43,550 nucleotides of DNA from Gemmatimonadota bacterium (GTDB taxonomy: Bacteria; Gemmatimonadota; Gemmatimonadetes; Gemmatimonadales; GWC2-71-9). Positions 1 to 7,866 of this stretch are shown here, piece by piece (the first letter of the stretch is position 1; every line of letters begins with the position of its first letter). The stretch is from assembly GCA_003220985.1 (NCBI GenBank), contig QHTY01000150.1, positions 1-43,550 of the forward strand, read 5' to 3'. Under the pieces are notes generated by a model. It saw only the letters and a program-made list of their open reading frames with translations. It was not told the DNA's origin and searched no databases. The position numbers were made by a program, and so were the translations under genes.

Positions 1-1
1 G

Positions 2-190
2 GGCGTCTGGTGGTCGGATCATTGGTCATTCTGGAAGGAAGGCTATCGGGCCATCATGATCACCGACACGGCGCCCTATCGGAATCCATTCTACCACACC
101 CCGCAGGACACGCCGGACAAGCTCGACTACGACCGCATGGCGCGGGTGGTGCATGGGCTGACGCACGTCGTGCGCGCGGTGGCGAATTGA
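2..190 (+). CDS. M28 family metallopeptidase, C-terminal fragment (gene runs off the left edge)
   Basis: Open frame from the window edge, absent from the ORF track because it has no start. Translation: GVWWSDHWSFWKEGYRAIMITDTAPYRNPFYHTPQDTPDKLDYDRMARVVHGLTHVVRAVAN*. It fits the SDHxSF...DT..RNP.YHT..DT C-terminal pattern of M28 aminopeptidases. TGA at 188-190. Confidence 0.6.
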   Translation, partial: GVWWSDHWSFWKEGYRAIMITDTAPYRNPFYHTPQDTPDKLDYDRMARVVHGLTHVVRAVAN

Positions 191-195
191 TGTCG

Positions 196-1092
196 CTATC
201 TGGGCTGCATCCGGTGATGCCCCCACGGAACGCGTTCCGCCTCCGCCAATAGCGCCTCCGCCTTTCGCCGGATCCCCCGTCGCTTGAGCGGGCCCAGGGG
301 AAAAGCGGCGACGGCGATCATGCGCATCGCCCCGCTCCATGTGGGGAACGGCGTGCCGGTGCGCTCATCCATGGCGTAGTAGCCCGCCACTATCCAGTGC
401 GTGGTTTCGCGCACCATGGACCGTCGAAGCCGCTCTTCGATCGTGAGATTCACGTCACGGATCGTCGGATGGAGCCCGGGAAAATCACGGCCCAGCAGAT
501 ACCGAAACGCCCGAAGCAAGCGCGCGGGCGGATGCGCCATTGGCAGCTGCCACCTTGTTAGCTGTGGCGACGCTGGAAGCACGCTGCTCGACGAATCGTC
601 AACACTCAACTCGCGACCATCGGCAAACTCGCAGGTAATGGAGAGCGTGAGCGCGCCGCGGCCGCCGCTGAACGTGTTACTCAAGAGCGCGGCGTATTCA
701 CCGGTGGCGTCGTTGCTCAGCACCACGAGTCGCCGTTTCGGGCTTTCCCAAAACACATCCATCACGAGCTGGAATCCTTCCAGGCCGAGGGCTGTCACAG
801 ACTCCGCAATCGCATCGCGCCGCTCGAGCGGGGTCCAATCATCTGTCGCGTTGTAGGGCGAGAACTGCGGACGTGGTACCGGCGTCGCTCGGATGGCGAA
901 CAACATTCGCACATAGCTCGAGATCTGGATGAATACGAGAAGCCCAGCCAACGCCAGGGCAGGACCGACCAGGCGAGCGAGGTCGCTCGTGGAACTTAGC
1001 GCCACCGGCAGATAAAGATGCCGGAACGTCCGATGCGACGCTCCATTTCCGCGGTGTCCCCTCCAAAATCCTCGGCCAGTACGCGCGGGCAC
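196..1092 (-). CDS. hypothetical membrane-anchored protein, paralog of the N-terminal half of the upstream gene
   Basis: 298-aa ORF with one hydrophobic segment (LVGPALALAGLLVFIQISSYV). Its C-terminal block GYYAMDERTGTPFPTWSGAMRMIAVAAFPLGPLKRRGIRRKAEALLAEAE parallels GYYRLDEKTRRWRPTLRGAFLMVWKMLPPFKQLAKAAMRRRARRELAE in 996..2678. The start is uncertain. A GTG at 1005..1003 would reduce the overlap with the upstream stop (996-998) to 10 nt. Confidence 0.55.
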   Translation of the reverse strand: MPARTGRGFWRGHRGNGASHRTFRHLYLPVALSSTSDLARLVGPALALAGLLVFIQISSYVRMLFAIRATPVPRPQFSPYNATDDWTPLERRDAIAESVTALGLEGFQLVMDVFWESPKRRLVVLSNDATGEYAALLSNTFSGGRGALTLSITCEFADGRELSVDDSSSSVLPASPQLTRWQLPMAHPPARLLRAFRYLLGRDFPGLHPTIRDVNLTIEERLRRSMVRETTHWIVAGYYAMDERTGTPFPTWSGAMRMIAVAAFPLGPLKRRGIRRKAEALLAEAERVPWGHHRMQPR

Positions 1093-2678
1093 AGGGCAGT
1101 CACGCGCCGAGCGACGCCGCTCAGATCTGAGAGCTTGCCGCGAAACGCGCCGCGCACCCAGTCCGTGCCGGCGTTGCGGAGCTCGAACGGATACTCCGCG
1201 TTCAGCGCTCGCAGCCCGGAGAGGATGTCATCGGTCGTCCGCTCGTCGCGCTCTCCCTGCGTTCCAATGCGGCGAACGACCGCAGAGGGATCGATCGTGG
1301 GGACGAGCACCAGGCGCACGGAGCTCGTGTCGTTGCGGAAGTTTCGATCGAAGCGCGACAGAAAGAACGCCCGTGCAGCGAATTTGTCGGACGCCGCGCT
1401 GAGGTAGCGGTTTGCCCATCGCACCGGCACGCGAACGACGTAGACATCGTCGTGTCCCTCGAGCCGCGAGACCTCGTGCCCCGTAAGCTGCCCCAGCGTC
1501 GCGACGGCCCTGTCGAAATCCCCGGGAACGATCAGCGCCGGCAGCTGCCTCTGGTACTCGCGGTATCCCATCAGACTCACCAGCAACACGCCCATGCCCA
1601 GCAGGGGCAGCGCACCGCGATTCGCCGCGCTGCGGGCGCGCGCGATGGCCAGCGGATCGCCGCCAGCCTTCTGCGCGCGCGCGACCGCCGACCACCGAAC
1701 CCACAGCCACAGCCCAAGGGGACCGAGGACGAGCAAGACGGCCACTCCGGCCGTCGGACTGTGGGTCCAGCGGCTCACGAAGAACATCCCGGCGATGAGT
1801 AGCACGATCCCGCCCAAACCCAGAACAACGTCGAGCGGGCCCTCGCGCGGCGGCGCGTCGGCGCTCGCCGTGTCGGGTTGGGGCGTGACCGTCGTTACCG
1901 CCGCAACGGGTCGGGCGTCGGGGCCTTCCATTCCAATCTCAGCGAGCTCGCGTCGCGCACGACGCCGCATTGCGGCTTTGGCGAGCTGTTTGAACGGCGG
2001 CAGCATCTTCCAGACCATGAGAAACGCCCCGCGCAGCGTCGGCCGCCACCGCCGCGTCTTCTCGTCCAGGCGGTAGTAACCCGCCTCCATCTGCCCGCGA
2101 TATTCCGCATCCATGACTTCCGCGAGAAAACGGGCGGGATCCGTGGCGACATCGCGCTGGCGCAGCGTACTCGAGCCGAACCGCCGCCGCAGCAGAATCT
2201 GGAAAACCTTGTGCAGGCGGAGTGGGTCGCGGACCTGGGGGAATCGATAGACCTCGTGACCGGGGCGTGGCGCGAAGATGGGAACCGTCACGGAGTTGCT
2301 GACGTCGAAGATGCGTCCGTCCGGAAGCTCCGCCGTGAACTCCACCATCGGCAATGCCGTGCCCGTTTTCGCGGAATAGACCATCGCGATCGTCGCCGTC
2401 TCGCCGTCGGGATGCTGCAGCATCGCGACGCGAGTCACCATGTTGAAGGATCCGGCTCTCACGCGCACCAAGTCAGCGACCTGCCGGAACCGATCGCCCT
2501 CGAGACCCGCGACGTTGTCGCGAAGAAATCCCGCGACCTCGGTAGGTGCAGGATGGCGAGTCGCATCGAAGGGCTCGAACCGCGGCATGGAATCGTCGCC
2601 TAGGAGCAACCAGGTGACGAGCGGCAGGACGACGAGGAAGAATCCGACCAGGAAGAGAGCAGCGACCAGGGTGCTCAT
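996..2678 (-). CDS. hypothetical multi-pass membrane protein (N-terminal domain paralogous to 196..1092; C-terminal domain possibly DUF4253-like)
   Basis: 560-aa ORF with an N-terminal TM (MSTLVAALFLVGFFLVVLPLVTWLLLG) and central TM segments (IVLLIAGMFFV, GVAVLLVLGPLGLWLWV, LPLLGMGVLLVSLMG). The C-terminal about 150 aa end in ...ALCPRVLAEDFGGDTAEMERRIGRSGIFICRWR. This resembles, from memory, the CPD...W.FWWD tail of DUF4253; that assignment is tentative. Confidence 0.65.
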   Translation of the reverse strand: MSTLVAALFLVGFFLVVLPLVTWLLLGDDSMPRFEPFDATRHPAPTEVAGFLRDNVAGLEGDRFRQVADLVRVRAGSFNMVTRVAMLQHPDGETATIAMVYSAKTGTALPMVEFTAELPDGRIFDVSNSVTVPIFAPRPGHEVYRFPQVRDPLRLHKVFQILLRRRFGSSTLRQRDVATDPARFLAEVMDAEYRGQMEAGYYRLDEKTRRWRPTLRGAFLMVWKMLPPFKQLAKAAMRRRARRELAEIGMEGPDARPVAAVTTVTPQPDTASADAPPREGPLDVVLGLGGIVLLIAGMFFVSRWTHSPTAGVAVLLVLGPLGLWLWVRWSAVARAQKAGGDPLAIARARSAANRGALPLLGMGVLLVSLMGYREYQRQLPALIVPGDFDRAVATLGQLTGHEVSRLEGHDDVYVVRVPVRWANRYLSAASDKFAARAFFLSRFDRNFRNDTSSVRLVLVPTIDPSAVVRRIGTQGERDERTTDDILSGLRALNAEYPFELRNAGTDWVRGAFRGKLSDLSGVARRVTALCPRVLAEDFGGDTAEMERRIGRSGIFICRWR

Positions 2679-2693
2679 ACACCAAAATAGGAT

Positions 2694-3359
2694 TTAGCCA
2701 GGGAGCCGTGCAAACGCGCGCACGGGAAAGCTTCCCATCCCCTTCACCCGCGGCGGCACCGCGTAGAAGTGAAAACCGGCGTCCGGCAGCGCGCCGAGGT
2801 TGGCCATGTGCTCGACGATCGCCACGCCTGCCCCTAACAGGGCCGTGTGCGCCGGCCGGCTGCCGTCCTTGTCGTCGTCGATATTGAGCGAATCGATCCC
2901 CACGAGCGCCGCTCTCGCCGTGACGAGATACTCGGCCGCTTCGCGGGTCAAGAATGGATGTTGGCCGCCGGAGTAGGTATCGGTGCGCCAATGCGCATCC
3001 CAGCCCGTGTGGACGAGAACGGCTTTCCCTGTGACATCGAAAGTACTGAAGCGTGAAGCATCGATGGCGCGGCCGCGCTCACCCGTTACCCGCACGACGA
3101 CGCCGGGCAGATCGGCGACCATGTCGAGCGCGTATCCGGCGACGTCGCGACCATCCTCATACCGATGAAACGGAGCGTCGATGTACGTGCCCGTGTTGGC
3201 GAGCAGCTCGATCCTGCCTATCTGGAAGGTCGTGCCCGCCCCGTACCGCGCCTTCGAGGCATCGCGGCTGAGCCAGTCGCTGATCACCGGCGCGGGGAGG
3301 CCCCGATAGGTGACCATCCCATCCTCGATCTCATGACTGAGATCGATCAGCCGGGCCAT
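2694..3359 (-). CDS. cyclase family protein (arylformamidase / kynurenine formamidase-like)
   Basis: 221 aa: MARLIDLSHEIEDGMVTYRGLP...GTYIDAPFHR...VLVHTGWD...LVGIDSLNIDD. This is the typical putative-cyclase (PF04199-like) motif order. Confidence 0.88.
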   Translation of the reverse strand: MARLIDLSHEIEDGMVTYRGLPAPVISDWLSRDASKARYGAGTTFQIGRIELLANTGTYIDAPFHRYEDGRDVAGYALDMVADLPGVVVRVTGERGRAIDASRFSTFDVTGKAVLVHTGWDAHWRTDTYSGGQHPFLTREAAEYLVTARAALVGIDSLNIDDDKDGSRPAHTALLGAGVAIVEHMANLGALPDAGFHFYAVPPRVKGMGSFPVRAFARLPG

Positions 3360-3739
3360 ATCCGCGCGAGCGCCTTGAGCAGCTGCCCGTCGGCCGTCGA
3401 CCCGTCAGGAGCCTCAGAAAGAACAATGGCCAAGCGACGCCGCAGGAGTGGATCGCGCGTCGCCTGCGCCGCGAACTGCACGGTGAGTGGAATGAACCAC
3501 TGGGCTTGCCGCGCGCCTGACCCGGCTCGCGCAACGGCAGCATATTGCTCGAAGAGCGCCAAGAGAAAGGCGCCCTTGGACGGGAAATGCCGGTAGATGG
3601 CGCCCTTCGTGAAGCCGGCAGCGAGGGCCACCTCGTCCAGCGTCACGATCTCGAAGCCCCGCTCGGCGAACAGCTCGAGCCCGGCGGCGACGAGGAGCGC
3701 GCGGGTTTCGGCTTTGCGGCGCTGGTGAATGATTCCCAC
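3347..3739 (-). CDS. TetR/AcrR family transcriptional regulator (short, 130 aa)
   Basis: N-terminal HTH: RALLVAAGLELFAERGFEIVTLDEVALAAGFTKGAIYRHFPSKGAFLLALFE. It overlaps the cyclase start by 13 nt, so the two are probably an operon. Confidence 0.85.
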   Translation of the reverse strand: MGIIHQRRKAETRALLVAAGLELFAERGFEIVTLDEVALAAGFTKGAIYRHFPSKGAFLLALFEQYAAVARAGSGARQAQWFIPLTVQFAAQATRDPLLRRRLAIVLSEAPDGSTADGQLLKALARIWPG

Positions 3740-3741
3740 GA

Positions 3742-3819
3742 GTATCTAGGATACTGATCGGGACCGATGTTGCAAGTCATCGCAGAGCTATTCTAGATAC
3801 CTATAAGTATCTTGGATAC
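3742..3819. promoter_or_regulatory. candidate TetR operator set (GTATC-N3-GATAC x2 plus AGATAC-N6-GTATCT) in the TetR / ferredoxin divergent intergenic region
   Basis: GTATCTAGGATAC at 3742-3754. AGATACCTATAAGTATCTTGGATAC at 3795-3819 contains AGATAC/GTATCT arms and a second GTATC-TTG-GATAC. The tract is AT-rich in a GC-rich genome and lies immediately upstream of the TetR start. Confidence 0.4.
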
Positions 3820-3830
3820 TTGGAAGTCCC

Positions 3831-3858
3831 TTGACTGAGCTAACTCGCAGTCTAGGTT
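3831..3858 (+). promoter_or_regulatory. possible sigma70-type promoter for the ferredoxin gene (TTGACT-N16-TAGGTT)
   Basis: TTGACT at 3831-3836 and TAGGTT at 3853-3858, about 50 nt upstream of ATG 3908 and just downstream of the palindromes. Confidence 0.3.
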
Positions 3859-3907
3859 TGCAATTCGCCGCCGACGATTGCCCGCCATTTCGCACTCAGG
3901 AGAAGGA

Positions 3908-4180
3908 ATGTCGTACGTCATCGCCGAGCCCTGCATCAACGTCAAGGATCGATCGTGCGTGGACGTTTGCCCCGTGGATTGCATCTACGAAGGGCCGGAC
4001 ATGCTGTACATCCATCCGGACGAGTGCATCGACTGCGGTGCCTGCGAGCCCGAGTGCCCCGTGACGGCAATCTTCCCGGAAGAGGATGTCCCACCTCAGT
4101 GGAAGGACTACATCGCCAAGAATCGCGATGTCTTCCAGGGCGAGAACCCGCCTGGCAAGCCGCAGCGCAAGGGCTCCTAA
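3908..4180 (+). CDS. fdxA: ferredoxin, 7Fe type (3Fe-4S plus 4Fe-4S), FdxA-like
   Basis: [29 protein letters not shown]...[21 protein letters not shown]. Start chosen at ATG 3908, preceded by AGGAGAAGGA. The track start at 3878 adds 10 atypical residues. Confidence 0.9.
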   Translation: MSYVIAEPCINVKDRSCVDVCPVDCIYEGPDMLYIHPDECIDCGACEPECPVTAIFPEEDVPPQWKDYIAKNRDVFQGENPPGKPQRKGS

Positions 4181-4181
4181 T

Positions 4182-4925
4182 TCAGAGTTGAGCCAGGAAG
4201 GCGTTCAAGGCGTCGTTTACCGCCTGTGGTTGCTCCAGCGGGGACAGGTGACCTGACTCCGGAATAAGGACGAATTGCGCGATAGGGATGGCCCGGGCCA
4301 TCTCCTGCATTCCCGCCGCCGGTGCGATCTGATCGTCGTCACCGGCGATGACCAGTACCGGGACGCGAATGGTGCCCAGCAGCGGCGTTGAGTCGGGGCG
4401 ATCCCGTAACGCCCGCAACGCGCCGACCACGCCCGCCAGCGGCTGCCGCAGGATCATCTCTCTCACTTCATTCACTACGTCCGGCCGGCGCTCATAGGTC
4501 GCACGCGCCACGACCTTGGGAACGAGCTCCGCGGCGACGCCGCGTACGCCGGCCGCCTGCGCCCGCGTGGCCATCGCATCCCGTCCGCGTTTGCCTTCGG
4601 CCGTGTCGGCGGCCGCCTTGGTATTGGAGAGTATCGCCGCGTGAACGCGCTGGCGAAAACGTCGCAGCAACTCGAAGACGATGTAGCCGCCCATCGATAA
4701 GCCACACACAACCGCCTGATCGGCTCCGGCGTCATCGAGCTGACGGATCACATCGTCCGCGTACGCGGCCATCGAGAATTCGTCGCCCGGTGCCGACACA
4801 TTCGTGCCGGCACCGCGCAGATCGGGTGCGAGGCATTGCCAACCGACCAACGCCGCGAGTTGATGTCGCCACAACAGATGATCGAACGGAAATCCGTGGA
4901 TCAGTAGGACGGGAACGTGTGCCAG
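4182..4925 (-). CDS. alpha/beta hydrolase fold protein; start codon unresolved
   Basis: VPVLLIHGFPFDHLLWRHQ...VCGLSMGGYIVFEL (GxSxG nucleophile elbow)...VPVLVIAGDDDQIAP...ESGHLSPLEQP. The track ORF extends to 5450 only by reading through the upstream PLP-enzyme gene in another frame. I found no ATG/GTG/TTG in frame between 4920 and 5024, so the end coordinate 4925 (a CTG) is a placeholder. Confidence 0.75.
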   Translation of the reverse strand: MAHVPVLLIHGFPFDHLLWRHQLAALVGWQCLAPDLRGAGTNVSAPGDEFSMAAYADDVIRQLDDAGADQAVVCGLSMGGYIVFELLRRFRQRVHAAILSNTKAAADTAEGKRGRDAMATRAQAAGVRGVAAELVPKVVARATYERRPDVVNEVREMILRQPLAGVVGALRALRDRPDSTPLLGTIRVPVLVIAGDDDQIAPAAGMQEMARAIPIAQFVLIPESGHLSPLEQPQAVNDALNAFLAQL

Positions 4926-5860
4926 AAAATCCCTCGTCTGATGTCGGTCGATTGCAAGAAAAGGCTGAACGCCTTTGCACCGTACGTCGGATCCAGCCGC
5001 AGACCATGCTCGGCGGCCAACGCCCTGGCTCGTTCGCCTTCGGGAGTGGGATGCCCGTACCCAGGTCCCATCGCGTCCACGACCCGCACACCGAGCGACA
5101 CGCGCGGCGCGTCGAATCCGACACCGGCACGGCCCAGCAGCGTCGCCGCGCGTCGGGCGAGGCGTAATGTGCGCCATCGGTTGGCGACGATGCGTGGCGC
5201 GACGCGCACGGCGACCACCTGCGTCCGCCATCCCAGCCAGGCGAGACCGAGGGCAATCCCGGCGGCGGTTCCGCCCGTGCCGAGCGGCACGACGATGGCA
5301 TCCGGGGGGGCATCGAGTTGCAGTCCCAGTTCGAGCGCCGCGAGAAAATGTCCGATCACGGCGCGCGGCTCCGCGCCACCACCGGGGATCCAGCGCGGTG
5401 TGCGAGGACCAAGACGCCGAGCGGCGCGCCACGCGCGCACCAGGGCCCACGGCAGTGTCAGCGGGCTCGTGGCACAGACCACGACATCCGCGGCCACCCG
5501 TGTCGCGGCCGCAACGCGTCGACTGATATCTGTCTCGGGCTGATCAAAGAGCGCGACCGCGGTGCGATGGCCCTGTGCCCGCGCGAACCGCGCGGTCGTC
5601 AGGCAGTGACTCGAGCCCGTGCCACCGACGGTGACGAACACCGATCCCGCCGGCATGCCGGCAAACAGAAACTCGAGACCACGGACCTTATTTCCTCCCG
5701 CGTGATCTTCTCGCTTGAGCCACAAGGCGTCGAGCCCCACGGCATGCGCGAGACTCGGGTGCGCCTCGAGCGGTGTCGGCCAGTCGCCGAGACTGCACGG
5801 GGCGTATGCCCTACGTATCTTTGTGGCCAACACTGCGGAGCGATCCATGCGAGTAGCCAC
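4901..5860 (-). CDS. pyridoxal-phosphate-dependent enzyme, ACC deaminase / D-cysteine desulfhydrase family
   Basis: 319 aa: PTPLE...LWLKREDHAGGNKVRGLEFL (PLP-lysine motif GGNK.R.LE)...VTVGGTGSSH...VVPLGTGGTAAGI...DPTYGAKAF...IFWHT. Confidence 0.85.
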   Translation of the reverse strand: MATRMDRSAVLATKIRRAYAPCSLGDWPTPLEAHPSLAHAVGLDALWLKREDHAGGNKVRGLEFLFAGMPAGSVFVTVGGTGSSHCLTTARFARAQGHRTAVALFDQPETDISRRVAAATRVAADVVVCATSPLTLPWALVRAWRAARRLGPRTPRWIPGGGAEPRAVIGHFLAALELGLQLDAPPDAIVVPLGTGGTAAGIALGLAWLGWRTQVVAVRVAPRIVANRWRTLRLARRAATLLGRAGVGFDAPRVSLGVRVVDAMGPGYGHPTPEGERARALAAEHGLRLDPTYGAKAFSLFLQSTDIRRGIFWHTFPSY

Positions 5861-6023
5861 CGATTATATCCGTCATGCAGCGCGAGCCGCCCACAAATAC
5901 GCGGGCGATCCGATCGGCGGAGCCTCCCACCCTCAGGCTCCTGATCCCGAATTCTACAGGACGCTAGCCAAGGCGCTGGAGGAAATTGCCGCCGGCATGG
6001 AGGCGCTCGGGAAGGAGGAGTGA
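5847..6023 (+). CDS. possible small protein (58 aa) translationally coupled to rnd
   Basis: ATG 5847: MRVATDYIRHAARAAHKYAGDPIGGASHPQAPDPEFYRTLAKALEEIAAGMEALGKEE*. The stop overlaps the rnd GTG start (GTGA at 6020-6023). GC3 rises in the second half. No recognisable family. Confidence 0.25.
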   Translation: MRVATDYIRHAARAAHKYAGDPIGGASHPQAPDPEFYRTLAKALEEIAAGMEALGKEE

Positions 6024-7153
6024 GCGCTCCGCTCTACATCGACACGGCGCCCGAGTTGGCGGCGTTCGTCACCGCCGCGAGACGCGAGCACCGGGTCGGC
6101 GTCGATACCGAAGCGGCCAGCTTCCATCGCTACCGCGACCGCATCTACCTCCTCCAGGTCTCGAGTCCAACCCAGACGGCGGTCATCGATCCCGTGGCCA
6201 TCGCCGCGCCGGGTCTCGAGCCGTTCGGCGGCTTACTGGCTGATCCACAAGTCGAAAAAACCTTCCACGACGCCGATTACGATCTGCGCGTGCTCGACCG
6301 CGACTATGGCTTTCGCGCCGTCCGGCTATTCGACACGCGCATCGCGGCGCAGCTCGCGGGCGAGCCCGCCATCGGCCTGGCGGCGCTGCTCGAGAAGTAC
6401 ATCGACGTAAAGCTCGATAAGGAACATCAGAAGGCGGACTGGTCGCTTCGCCCCCTGACCCCGTCGATGCTCGCGTATGCCGCCGCCGACACGCGGTTCC
6501 TGCTCGGGTTGCGCGACGCGCTCGAACAGCGCCTCACGACGTTGAACCGCCTATCCTGGGCGATGGAAGAGTTCAAACAGCTCGAGTCCTTGCGCTGGAG
6601 CGGACCGGGTGGAGAAGAGGAGACGTATCTGAGGCTCAAGGGCGCGAAAGGACTGTCGCCACGGAGCCTGGCGGCGCTACGACTGCTGCATCGCTGGCGC
6701 GATACTGTCGCTGAACGCGAAGACCGCGCACCGTTCCGGATCATCGGCAACGATGCCCTCCTGGCCGTCAGCCGTGCGCTTCCGGCGTCGCGCACCGACC
6801 TTGGCCACATCCGCGATTTGCCCAGCTCCCTCGCGCGGCGTCACGGAGAGGCGCTGCTCGACGCGGTGCAGCGGGCCAAAGCGCTGCCCGAAACCGATCT
6901 CCCGCGGCTCGAGCGCCGCCCCCGCGTTCACAAGGATCCTGGCTTCGATGCGCGGCTGGAGCGGGTCAAGGCGGTGCGTAACCGGATCGCGACCGAGCTG
7001 GGACTCGACCCAGGCATCGTGAGCGGACGGACGACGTTGGAGGCGGTGGTGCGCGCGCGTCCCGCGAACCGGACGGCGCTCGAACAGGTCGGTGAGATTC
7101 GGCGCTGGCAGATCGATGTGCTGGGCGACGCGCTCCTCGAAGCCGTGCGCTAG
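6020..7153 (+). CDS. rnd: ribonuclease D (DEDDy 3'-5' exonuclease plus HRDC domain)
   Basis: VGVDTEAAS (Exo I), FHDADYDLRVL (Exo II), LAYAAADTRFLL (Exo III, Y-x3-D), followed by an HRDC-like region (LRLLHRWRDTVAEREDRAPFRIIGNDALLAVS). Confidence 0.9.
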   Translation: MSAPLYIDTAPELAAFVTAARREHRVGVDTEAASFHRYRDRIYLLQVSSPTQTAVIDPVAIAAPGLEPFGGLLADPQVEKTFHDADYDLRVLDRDYGFRAVRLFDTRIAAQLAGEPAIGLAALLEKYIDVKLDKEHQKADWSLRPLTPSMLAYAAADTRFLLGLRDALEQRLTTLNRLSWAMEEFKQLESLRWSGPGGEEETYLRLKGAKGLSPRSLAALRLLHRWRDTVAEREDRAPFRIIGNDALLAVSRALPASRTDLGHIRDLPSSLARRHGEALLDAVQRAKALPETDLPRLERRPRVHKDPGFDARLERVKAVRNRIATELGLDPGIVSGRTTLEAVVRARPANRTALEQVGEIRRWQIDVLGDALLEAVR

Positions 7154-7464
7154 AACCCCATCATCGCACGGATCTTCGGATCGATGCGATCCGGCGTCCA
7201 GTACGGTTCCCAGACGATATCGATGTCAACATCCTTCACGCCGTCAATGGCGCGAACGACCTTATAAATGTCGTTCGTAATCATCGGGCCGGCGGGACAT
7301 CCGGGCGATGTCAGCGTCATGCTAATGCGGACCAGCCCCCCCCCGTCGTCCACTTCCACGTCATAGACCAGGCCGAGATCGATGATGTTCATATCGAGCT
7401 CGGGGTCTTTCACCTGACGCAGCGCCTGGCGGATCGTCTCGGCACTCAGGACTACAGTGGTCAC
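7150..7464 (-). CDS. DUF59 / MIP18 family metal-sulfur cluster assembly factor (SufT-like)
   Basis: 104 aa: IRQALRQVKDPELDMNIIDLGLVYDV...ISMTLTSPGCPAGPMI...VDIDIVWEPYWTPDRI. Confidence 0.85.
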   Translation of the reverse strand: MTTVVLSAETIRQALRQVKDPELDMNIIDLGLVYDVEVDDGGGLVRISMTLTSPGCPAGPMITNDIYKVVRAIDGVKDVDIDIVWEPYWTPDRIDPKIRAMMGF

Positions 7465-7488
7465 AGCATTATCTCCTTAGTGGCGAAC

Positions 7489-7866
7489 CTAGCGACCCGG
7501 GACACCGCGCACCAGACAGTGCCGCCGGATCGCGATCCAAGCGTAGATCCGGCGGGCGAGTGGCAGCACACCAGGAACCCGGAACAGTGGCGCGAGCCAG
7601 CGCCTTCCGGGGAACAGCCTGAGTAGCTCGGGAATGGCGTCCGCCCCTGCGTACACGCGACTGTCCGGTAGCACGAGATGCATCGCGGCCGCGAGCGCCG
7701 GAAGGGCGATGCCGAATCGCGCCACGGCACCTTCGTCCTGGAACGGTACGAATCGCAGCACGTGTTCCCGATCCCAGCGGCGCAACCGCTCCACCGCCTT
7801 CTGACAAACACCGCATTCGCCGTCGTAGATCAGCGTGGGATTGTTGCGGTCAGTGGGCGAGGGCAT
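7489..7866 (-). CDS. DCC1-like thiol-disulfide oxidoreductase (DUF393)
   Basis: 125 aa: LIYDGECGVCQKAVERLRRWD...LRFVPFQ. This is the characteristic YDGxCxxC motif. Confidence 0.85.
   Translation of the reverse strand: MPSPTDRNNPTLIYDGECGVCQKAVERLRRWDREHVLRFVPFQDEGAVARFGIALPALAAAMHLVLPDSRVYAGADAIPELLRLFPGRRWLAPLFRVPGVLPLARRIYAWIAIRRHCLVRGVPGR

Noticed and set aside
4182-5450. 422-aa version of the alpha/beta hydrolase ORF
   Set aside because: The N-terminal about 175 aa are Arg-rich nonsense read through the PLP-enzyme gene (4901..5860) in another frame. Only the C-terminal about 245 aa look like a hydrolase.
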